From the NCBI RefSeq assembly GCF_004010195.1, contig NC_057749.1, forward strand, positions 23,480,999 to 23,544,998: 64,000 nucleotides of DNA. The letters are read 5' to 3'. A model generated the notes under the pieces. That model was given only the letters and a program-made list of their open reading frames with translations. It did not search any database and was not told the DNA's origin. Shown here in pieces: positions 27,401 to 39,400 of this stretch (its first letter is position 1; every line of letters begins with the position of its first letter). Position numbers and translations under genes: made by a program. This DNA comes from Chiloscyllium plagiosum (Eukaryota).

Positions 27401-30400
27401 ACCAGCATAACCCTCAATTCTCGAATTGCAATTAATTGACCTCTTAAAAACAAAAGCCAGAAGTCCAAGAACATTGTGCAACAACCTGGTACCATGTGAT
27501 TCTCCAACTGAAGTGAATGATCTATAGTGGCACTACTGTACAGTAGCTAATAACTTTAAAGTTGCACAAGCAAACAAAATGAGACAGAATTCAGTGTATT
27601 CTCACATTGTCTTTGGTGTCATGGGCAGTTATGAGAATTGCAGAGTCTTGTAGTATTTTTCTCTGGATTAACATCTTTGTATGAATATAATATTTAATAC
27701 CTTTGCTATGTGTTAGGACTCCATAAACTATTTTGAAGAAAAATAGCATTAAGTTAGCTTCTGAGATAATATAGAGTCATAGAGAGGTACAGCACGGAAA
27801 TAAACCCTTCGATCCAACGCATCCATGCCAACCAGATATCCTAACCTAATCTAGTCCCATTTGCCAGTACTTGGCCCATATCCCTCTCAACCCTTTCTAT
27901 TCATATACCCATCCAGATGCCTTTTAAATGCTGTAATTGTAACAGCTCCCACTACTTCCTCTGGCAGCTCATTCCATACACGCACCACCCTCTGCGTGAA
28001 AAAGTTGCCCCTTAGGTCCCTTTTATAAATTTCCACTGTCACCCTAAACCTATGCCTTCTAGTTCTGGACACTCCTATCCCAGGGTAATGACCTTGTCTA
28101 TTTACCCTATCCATGACTCTCATGATTTTATAAACCTCTATAAGGTCACTCTCAGCTGACCAATGTGCCACTTTGAAGTTGAGCAACAATGTTTGAAAGA
28201 AATACCAAGATATAGTAATTATTTTGTACAGTATTTAGGATGTGCACATAAGCTATACCAACCACCAATGGGAGAAGCCTTTCCAGTTTGTTTTGAATAT
28301 AACTGGACAGATTTGTCAGCTGATTTTTCAGGCATAGCTTTGATGAAGAAATCTGCCACATTCAGCAAGAACTCCACACTGGCGCAAAGATACAAATGTT
28401 CCAGCACAGTCGTGATTGATATCTCATCCTCCATCTGGTTGTACCGCAACTCAATCATGACGTTTTCCTGAGCATCTTGTTTCTTTTCAATCATTCTGCA
28501 GTGAAAGGAAACATTCTGATCATTTAAAAACATGATTCATGCAGTAAAATAATTAATGAAGTAGATGTTGGATAATTTAAAAATGAGAAGAATAAAGAGG
28601 AGGAAGGAAACAGATACATTTAAATGATTTTCAAAGGGGAGTAAAGTGAGAAAATTCAAAAAGCTACAGAAAAGTAGAACGAGACACATAAAGAGCACTT
28701 TCGAGAAGAGTGCAAAGAGAAGGAAAAAACACCATGTGAGCACAAGTAATTTTCAAGTTCAAGTAAATTTGAATGTTTAACGTTTACACCAGTTACAGGA
28801 ATAAAGCTATTCCATTGCATGATTCCTATGGTATATTAACAATGCTCCTTGCAAGTGAAGCTAAATTTCCCTCGACCCGAGGTCATTATTATCTGAAAAC
28901 AAATTGAAAATATTCAGCAATAATAATAATAATGGCAGCAGAGGAATTAGAGAGCAACATAACTCATTCTAACCTCTGTGTAACTTTTTCAACTCCATCT
29001 CTTAGATCATCCAGTGTACATGTGGTGAGGTTCATGTCAAAAACCAGCGAACCATCCGTGAACATCATCCCTGAAGCTGTGGTGAGATGTAACCTGAACT
29101 CCCCGAGACATGAACCTTCCGGACGCTGCAGCTGGTCAGTAGACTGCAATATGCAAAGTTCAAAAAAACATTCTACAAGCATGTTTGGAATAGCGTTCTG
29201 AATAAAATAATCTACATGGATTGAAATGTTTAAGCGATCAAAATGCGGATGCTGGAAATCTGAAATTAGCATAAAATATATGGAGAGATTCAACTCGTCA
29301 GGCAGTATCTATGGAAACATTTCACATGGATGACCTTTCAGAGGTGCAAGAGCTTTTTGGCTTCATTTTGGGAACATCATCACCAAGTTGTGCAAGGAGT
29401 GCTTACATGCAGGAACACAACTTTGCTGCCAGCAGACATCACCAGCCCGCACATACACTGCTGTCATTTTAACACCTGGATGAGGAGGGACATCACTGTT
29501 TGGGAACAGGCATAGCATCAGTCTACAGATTCCCAACTTTGGGAAGGGCCCCTCCCAGTGAAACGTAGGAACTAGAGGGGGCCAAATGATGATGGATTTG
29601 GAGTGAACATAATAGGGAAGTGGCATCCCCGAAGTCCTACTCTGCAAACACCGCAGGTGAGGGGAACTCTGTTCTGTCACCTCCATCCTGTACATTCTTA
29701 ACTTGATGACATGGATGATATTTGTGCAGAGATCATTTTGGTGGGTTGGATAATAACTCCAGAAGTTTTAAGCCTGAAATTGGAAAGGGGTAAAATTAAC
29801 AAACAAGAGGATCGGTAATAGGGTGGGTGCCAAGAGGAATGAAATAACACATGCAACATCCATAAAGACTGGGGATTAATATAAAAGTGCACTGAACCAA
29901 GATAGCAGCAGAAGTGACAATTGAAAGTCATTCAATTCAATTCAATAGAACTCAGAAAGCTGCAGAATGGTGAAAAAATGGCCTTGTTCCTCCAGTTTGA
30001 CTGAAGAGTCACTTGAGCACTATTCAGCCAAAGACTGAAAGGTCAACATGGAAGCAAGATGGAGAACTGAAAAGTTCAAATTTTTATCTCACTGCAAGGA
30101 AATAAAGTATTGCACAAAATAACATAATATGCAATGAGGGAAAGTGGAATAATAAAGGAAAATAAAGCAATTAGTTTTCTTATATCCTTAGATGATCAAG
30201 GTTAACTCTCAAATACGTGCATTTTTTAGCACCTTCCCAAAGCACAGGATGTCCAAGAGTGCTTTATAGCCAACTAAATGGCTTTGAAATGCAATCACTG
30301 TTCTAAAGGCAGAAAGCAGAACAGCCAATTTCATACACCAGATCATCTGCTCCAAGTGAGTCTGAGAGGTTTTCAGCCTTTCATTGAACTAATTCCCAGT

Positions 30401-33400
30401 TCTGATGAAAGGTCTTGGATTGGAAATGCTAACCTGGTTCTTCACCACAGAAGCATCTTGTCCACTTAGCATTTGACTTTTTTCTTTTTATGTCAGAATT
30501 TCAGCAACATTTTGCTTTTGAAGCTGCTTCATGGGTTGCTTGAAAACTAAATATTAGCCAGGGCATGGGAACTCCCCTCTCTGCTGAAAATAGTGCCATA
30601 GGATCTCATGCCCACAAGGGGGAAGACTGAGACTCTATTTAACATCTTACTCAAAGGACAGCATTTTCAGATGTGCAGCGATCCCCACTTGTCATACTGA
30701 AGTACTGGTCTGATAAGAGAAATCAAAGTATTTGGAATGCTGGAAAGCTGAAATAAAACCATTACGTTTTGGAGAACTTCAGTCTGGCAGCATCAATAGA
30801 GAGGCAAAGCTAATGTCAAGTTTAATAATACTCTTCTTTGGAACTGTTCATATGATATTGAATTGGAGAATTGGAGAAATTAATATTGTGCTCAAATTGG
30901 TATAAACAGTTGCCCATTCAAATTATAATGCAGTGTACAGATGATAAATTGTTTGAAGTCATTTGCCCGAAGAGTTTTAGAATATTGTTTGTCAACCTCT
31001 ATATAGCCAAACTGAATGAAATGGTCAAAACAGCGGCTTCTTTTTAGGGTTCTCTACATAGTTTTTCCAAGTGTTTATCATTTCATTTGAATGACACGAT
31101 TCAGGTGACATTAAATCTCTCAAAAGATCTTTAACCTCTTAGCATTTAATCAAATGTACAAATGTCAATTAAAGATTGCTCATTTGCCTGACTTTGACCA
31201 GTAGCTAACGTCAAAGTCTTGTAAAAATGAAACATTATGCTCGCAGTTACAGGCTATGTATTTTCTGCTTTGAGCAATCATTCTAGCCCGCAAATAAACT
31301 TGACTTATGACATATAAATGATAACTACATTTATACAGTACTTTTAAAGACAATAAAAGCATCCCAACGGGCTTCACAGGAACACTATATCAGATATGAG
31401 CCAAATGGGAGGTATACGTTACCTCAGCTGCGTAATACAGAGAGTCTGCAAGTTGTCAGGAGAGGTTGAGGCCAATAATTAACACAATTAAAATTGGAGA
31501 TGCACACAGCAGCAGAATCAGAGCAAATGAATTAGTGTTGGAGGAAGGTACAGAAAGATGGTATGATGACATCATGGTGGAATTTGAACACAAAAATGAA
31601 CATCTAAAATTGCCACATAAAATCCCACACCATGAGAACTACAATATTTTGGAGTGAATAGAATAACACATTGACAATATTTATATTTTATATTTAAAAA
31701 TCAAAATGATTGTTTGCTGAACAGATTGCAAATGTTAAACTGTAGAGACATGACTCTACTTACGAAAACTTTTTATTTCTTGTAAAGAGTCTAATGTTAA
31801 CAATCTTATCTAGGCTAGTATTAACCTTTCTGAGTGAGGATGAGGTGAAGATCACCAAGAATAGAGTTTCAACCAAATAAGCTACTTCAAGAAAAAGTAA
31901 TCGCATTGTAGAGTGACACTTTGTGGAGGATCTCCACTCAGTCATGATCTTACCATTGTTTGCCATTTTAATTCTCCACCTTGTTCTTACACTCACTTTT
32001 ATTTTTGGCCTGCTGCAGTGTTCCAGTGAAGCTCAATGTGTGCTTGAGAAATAGCATCTCACATTCCTAGAAACTTTAAAACCTTTCAGATTTAAAATTG
32101 AGTTAACCAATTTCATACCATGAAATCTACTTCACTTCAATTTTTCATCACTTAGAACTGTTTTATTATTGTGCCTCACTCTGGATCTATGCATTATCAT
32201 TTACCTTTTGCTCCATAACATCTTAGTTATGTAATCTCTCCTACCTTCTACCGTATGCCAGACCTTTCCTTGTGCACTTTCTTGCATCCCTTCACTTTAC
32301 ACACCAATTACATTTCTACTTCCATACAAATTGGAAGTAGTGTTATAATCAACTTTAGTCATTAACCTGCTCCACAGATACCATCTGATGTGCTATTTCC
32401 AGCACTGTTTTTGATTTCCAGCATCTACAATGTTCTTTTAAGTATAACATGATTTCTGATTTTTGCTCATGATTTAGAAAATTCTTGTAGACAGCATTCT
32501 TTATTGCTGAAACTTTATTGCTGGAACAGCACAGCAGGTCAGGCAGCATCTAGGGAACAGAAGATTCGACGTTTCGGGCACATGCCCTTCTTCAGAAGCA
32601 TTCTTTATTGCACAGCTTCAGACAAACATGGACAGATTTTAAAAAGACATAACTATTTTCAAGAAGGGCTTATGCCTGAAAAAGGGCTTATGCCCGAAAC
32701 GTCGATTCTCCTGTTCCCTGGATGCTGCCTGACCTGCTGCGTTTTTCCAGCAACACATTTCCAGCTCTGATCTCCAGCATCTGCAGACCTCACTTTCTCC
32801 CCATAACTATTTTCAACTCTGGATGAAGTAAACATGCAACTTACCTGTTTGAGGCCTTCAGTAGACAGCAGAATCGAAAGTGATTCAAACTTGAAATCAA
32901 ACTTGAGTGTCTCATAAGGCTCAGGTTTAAGCTTGGATTCGACACGAGTCACATCACCTGCTTTCACCCGTGGAGAGCCTGCAAAATGATGTACGGGATT
33001 CAGACACTTACTGAGTCAATGCATTGCGATTAATCATAATGCATGTGACAGCTTGACATCAAACTAAACAACAAACTTGATTGAACTCTGCTATTTTCAG
33101 GAGTATTTCTAGCCTATTGCTGCAATCCCAGCCCAATTGTGAATTGGATTGATTTAATCAGCATCACTCTTGTCTGCAAACCAGAAGTTGTTCTGCAAAC
33201 AAAAAGTCATGGGAGGGGTTTGGTCAGATATGCAGAATGGTGACAAAAAATAACTTAATCCAGAAAGTGTAAGGTGACCCTTTTTGGGTGCATTATAAAG
33301 GTAAGGAGTGCATGGTGAATGGCTCTGATTGCTGAGGGTGTTGCCAAGGGGATGCAAAGTTTCATTGCCGACATGAATCCTCTGAATTTGAAACACATGC

Positions 33401-36400
33401 AATGCATGTGCAAATTCCTTTTATCTTCAGAAACCAAGATCATGAGCAATTATGTGTGCAGTTTCTAGCATGCACACGCAAACAAACAGACGACACTATG
33501 CACCAAGGTGATGATTTTACATTGGTTTCCAGTGCAATTTATGCAATAATCTTTAGTTCACCAGCACAGATGAAAAGCCAAGTGTCAGCTTCTCCAAAAT
33601 GGTCAAGTACCTTCACATTGATTGGCTCCAGAAGCAACAATTTTGTCTCTTATTTTGTCGGAGTCTTTTGGGTCCACTGCAGCATTCTTATCACTTGTTG
33701 TCTCGCCGAAGTTTTCCAGCAGGATTTTCAGAAGGATTGTCAAATCATCCTGACTAACTGTAACCTGCAAACAAGACACGACAAAGAAAACCAAGCATCA
33801 ATGTCATGTTTTTTCAGGAAATTTTCCACTTGATATCAATACTGATTTCTCACCATCGAGGAGCCAAGAGCTGAGAGGGTCAAGAGTAGCTTTGTCATTT
33901 CTACCACATACAACCGATACAGTAACCATGAGACAGTGCTCCTCCAGGACCAAGGTGCTATATGGATAACACAAACTACACGATCATACACAGGGCGGCA
34001 TAAAGTGCATATAAAGTGCAAAACAGCACAATAATTCCTGACACATCAAGACAATAGCCACAATGGTGAACAAATTACAGTGCTATCAAAGAATGAAAAT
34101 TAATAAAACATTGTTCTAGTAGCAATTCAAAGTCATGCAAAGAATATCAGGTGGAATAGACTCTGACCATACAGTGTTAAGGAGCCTGATGGTTAAGGAA
34201 TGAAACTGTTGCACAGTCTGGCCATGAGAGACCGAATGCTCCGGTATCATCTGCCAGATGGCAGGAGGCAGAAGAGTTTGAGTGAGGGGTGTGTGGGGTC
34301 TTCCACAATGCTCTTAGCCTTTCAGATGCAGCGTGTGGTATAAATATCTGTTAAGCAAGAGACAGAGACCCTGATGATCCTCTCTTGTAGGGTCGAGACA
34401 TTGCAATTCCCGAACCATGCAGTAATGCAGCAGCTCAGGTTACTCTCAATGAATCGTCTGTAGAATACGGTGAGGATGGGGTATGGGAGGTGGGCTTTTC
34501 TCAACCTACACAGGACGTAGAGATGCAGCCGGGCTTTCTTGGCTATGGAGCTGGTGTTGAGGGACCAGCTGAGATCCTCTGCCAGATGGACACCAAGACA
34601 TTTGGTGCTCTTCACAATCTCCCTGGGGGAGCCGATGTCCAGCGAAGACTGGTCACTCCGTGCCCTCCTGAAGTCAACAACCATCTCTTCCATTTTGTCC
34701 ACGTTCAGGTAGGTTGTTTGCTGTTGTTGCTCCTCTCTGTATACTGACCAGTCATTCCTGCTAATGAGACCCACTACAGTTGTGTCATCAGCAAACTTCA
34801 TGATATGATACAAGCCGTGCATCCTTGCACAGCAGGGTGAACATCAGTGGACTGAGCACATAACCTGGCGGAGGGGCCCCATGCTCAGTGTGACAGTGTT
34901 GGAGATGCTGTTCCCAATCCGGATGGACTGAGTCAGGAAGTCCAGGACCCAGGTACACAGGGAAGTCTTTCGGCCCAACAGACTCAGTTTTTCAATCAGA
35001 TGCTGAGGAATGAGAGACTTCATTCTGCATTTAATACTATGAACATTAAGCTGACGTAAATGTTCTTCTGCACCAGGTGAGTGAGGGCCAGATGGACGGT
35101 GGTGGAAAAAGCATCACCTGTTGAGCGGTTTAGATGTTACACAAACTGCAGGGTGTTCAGTGAACGGGCACCAGGGTCTTCATATGCCTCAGTAAAACAG
35201 ACAGGAAAACATGAGCTGACATGTCCCCATCTCTCACTGCTACAACAGCGAGTGTAAATATCTGAAATTCAACAAGGAAGGTCAAATGACCAAGAGCATG
35301 AGCAAGTAGTAACATGCCCAAACTCTTTTTGTTAACAACCAATGAATTTCTGCAATGTTATTTAAGGCTCAATGGAAATGTTAATACTACACTTGGACGC
35401 GTTATCAACCTAACAAGTTTTCTTTCAAAGGTAAAGACAGGATTTTTAAAAAATAAAATAGAGATTTTACTGGTTAAAGGCAGTGGGAGCCAAGATGCAC
35501 AAAAGACAATGAGACAAGTGTATAAAAAAAAGAGATTTAGCGAACAGAATTAAGGAGAATCCCAAAGCATTTTATTCTTATGTAAGAAGCAAGCAGGTAA
35601 TGAGAGAAAGGATTGGTCCACTAAAGGATAACAAAGGAAGGCTGTGTGTCGAATCCGAGTGAATGGGTGAGATTCTGAATGATTACTTTGCATCAGTGTT
35701 CACTGAGGAGAGGAACATGATGAATCTTAAGATTAGATATAGAAATTTGATTAGTCTGGATCATGTTGACTTAAGTAGGGAAGATGTGTTGGGTAGGCTA
35801 GAGATTATTAAGGTGAACAAATCCCCAGGACCAGATGGGATCTATCCCAGGTTGGAGAAAGTGAGGACTGCAGATGCTGGAGATCAGAGCTGAAAAATGT
35901 GTTGCTGGAAAAGCGCAGGTCAGGCAGCATCCAAGGAGCAGGAGAATCGACGTTTTGGGCATAAGCCCTTCTTCAGGAATGAGGATTCCTGAAGAAGGGC
36001 TTATGCCCGAAACATCGATTCTCTATCCCAGGTTGCTGAGGGAGGCAAGAGGAAATAGCTGTGGCAGTGACAGATATCTTTGTGGCATCCTTAAATACAG
36101 GTGAGGTGCCGGAGGACTAGAGGGTTGCTCGTGTTGTCCCCCTGTACAAGAAGGGGAGTAGGGATATTCCAGGTAACTACAGACCAGTGAGCCTGACATC
36201 AGTGGTGGGAAAGTTGCTGGAGATGGTACTGAGGGAAAGGATCTATTTATATTTAGAAAAGAATGGCCTTGTCAGTGATAAGCAACATGGTTTTGTGCGG
36301 TGCAGAACGTGCCTTACCAACTTAATAGAGTTCTTCAAAGAAGTGACCAAGTTGATAAATGAAGGAAGGGCTGTTGATGTCATATACATGGACTTTAGGA

Positions 36401-39400
36401 AGGCGTTTGATAAGGTTCTCCATTGAAGACTAATGGAGAAAGTGAAGTCACATGGTGTGCAGGGTGTTCCAGCTAGGTGGATAAAGAACTGGTTGAGCAA
36501 CAGGAGACAGGGACGACAGAAAAGTGGCAGATCGTTTTCAATCCAGACAAATGTGAGGTGATGCATTTAGGCAAGACTAATTCTAGAGCGAATTATACAA
36601 TGAACGAAAGAGCCTTGGGAAAAGTTGATGGGCAGAGAGATCTGGAAGTGCAGGTCCATTGTACCCTGAAGTTGCTGCACAGGTGGATAGAGTGGTCAAG
36701 GCGGTTGAGTAGGTTAGCTTTATTTTCATTAGAAAAAAGGAGATTGAGGGGGGAGCTGATTGAGGTTTACAAAATCATGAAGGGTATAGACAGGGTGGAG
36801 AGAGACAAACTTTTTCCCAGGGTGAAGGATTCAACAACGAGAGGTCACGCTTAAGGTGAAAAGTTTAAGGGGGATACATGTGGCAAGTACTTCACACAGA
36901 AGATGGTGGGCGTTTGGAACATAGAGGCAGGCACGGTAGATTCATTTAAGATGCATCTGGACAAATGCAAGAGTAGGTGGGGAGCAGAGGGATACAGATG
37001 CTTAGGAATTGACCGACAGGTTGAGACAGTACATTTGTATAGCCTCAGGCTTGGAGGGCCGAAGGGCCTGTTCCTGGGCTGTAAATTTTCTTTGTTCTTT
37101 ATTCCAGATCTCTGCAGGGCAAGATTATGGAAGGGTTTGAAGAAAAAGTTGACAATTTTGCATTTAAATGTTTTGAGAGCCAGAACCATTGCACAGAGGG
37201 GTCAAAGGTGATGAATTGTTAGAAATTAGAATAACAAGTGCAGAGAGTTCAATGATATGGAGTCTATAGAGAGTGCAAGAAAAGCTAACATTAGGACACT
37301 AAATAAGCAAAGCCATGAAGCATGGATAAGGATTACAGTTGCAAAGATGTCAGAACTAAGCAATTTTGCTGACTAAGAATAAGCTTCCTGGGCATCTATT
37401 TCTAAATATCTTCCAAACATCTACATGTATTATGTATCAGCCAATCATTTAACAGAAAAATCCTTCACTTGGTTTCAACCTTCTAATCTATTTCTTCAAA
37501 CTCCTCTGTTGCCTCTCATTTCTGAAAATATCTCTGATTTTTCCTGAAACATGTATGTCACTTGGGCAAATGTGGGTTAATTAACAAATGCATCCATAAT
37601 GGCAAATCATATTTAAATAACTTGCATGAGAAACCCACGCAGACACAGGGAGAATATGCAAATGCCACACACAGTTGCCCGAAGGTGGAACTGAACCAAA
37701 CTGGGGTCCCTGGCACTGTGGGGCAGCAGTGCTAACCAATACTGCACAATGTACCAAGATTATTGAAGTGCAATGTATTTGAGTGATACGGTGAAGCATA
37801 TTGTGAGATACACAGCTTGTGAAACAACTGCACAGTGGTTTCAAATACACAACTGCGACTCATTTTCTTGCCACAAATATCCTCTGACCTGCACTTCCTA
37901 CTACTAAATTCATTGGGAGCTTTCCACATTTTCACTGATAAATCATTGCTGTAACATCAGGGTGCCATTGTTTGATGTGTTCGAATTACAGGATCATCTC
38001 AAATTGAAGATTCCAATCATATCAATAAAGCATTTGACACTGACGAAAGCAAATCTCCATTGTAAAACTGATCAATTCTGGTTTACTGACCCATAAGTTT
38101 AAGTACATTTATTTCTGCATTCTATATCACAAACATTTCAAAGTTACTTACACAATTAACTAATACCACAGAAAAAGTCCATTTGACCAATCAAGTTTGT
38201 GTTTGCGATTTGTTTTCAAATGTATATGCTAATCTTGTTAACCTCCACATTTTAATGTTTCTCATTTTGAAGTCAACTTCTATTTCCCTGTCAAACAAAT
38301 TCATCAACTGAGTCAACTTCTGTCATTGGACAATGATTTCTGTATGTTTACTTCTGATTTAAATCCATGCACAAAGACCACAAGTGACATTTCAAGTTGC
38401 TCTTCTTTCATCAGCTTCTCTGGTTATGATGAAAGGTCAGCAACTATATCCTCTCACCTTGATACTGTCTGACCTACTCAGCATTTTCAGATTTCCAACA
38501 CCTGGAACATTTTGTACTGATTTATTGTATGAAAGTCTGGAAGTGCTCAACAATATTAAGTCAGTCACATCTATTTCTCATTCATATGCTGCTCCCTGGC
38601 GATAACATCCAAGAACACATCAGGTTCTACACGTATACTGACGACACCTATCCTGCTTCATCGTGACCTCTGCTGGTCTGACATACAGTGCTGAATAATC
38701 AGAAATTCCCTCCAACGCTATACTAGAATGTCAAAGCAATCATCTTTGCCCCCAACTACAAACTCAATCACTAGCTAGAAACACTTACCAATTTCCCTGG
38801 CAATAAACTGGAAAGGTATCAAAGAGTTCACAACCTTGGTGTATTTTTGACACAGAGATGAGCTCTCTGCTACATAACTCACTCGTCACCAAAACTGCCT
38901 ACTTCCACCTTTGTAATGACACTGGGGCTTGGATAGTGAGGAGAGAGGAGATAATATGGCAGATGTCGCATCTTGTCTCATTATTTAGGAGTGGGTCATG
39001 GGAAGGGGAAGAGATGCTGGGGCTGGCTGAGGAGTAGAACAGATCTTCCAGAGGAAACAACCCTTTGGAATAAAGAAAGGAAAGAATGGGAGATAGATTT
39101 CTTGAAGGCATTATGGGAGGTGGATGGAGGGATGAGAGCAAAGAATGGATCTAATCACAGTTTTGTCAATCACAGAAGATGAGAATGTGTGTTTGAGGAA
39201 AAGGTAAGACATAGCAAAACCGCTGTCGGAGGCAGCACTGAACATAGAACATTCCAGCGCAGTACAAGCCCTTCGGCCCTCGATGTTGCACTGACCTGTA
39301 GAACCAATCTGAAGCCCATCTAACCTACACTATTCCATTCTCATCCATATGGCTATCCAAAGACCATTTAAATGCCCTTAAAGTTGGTGAGTCTACTACT

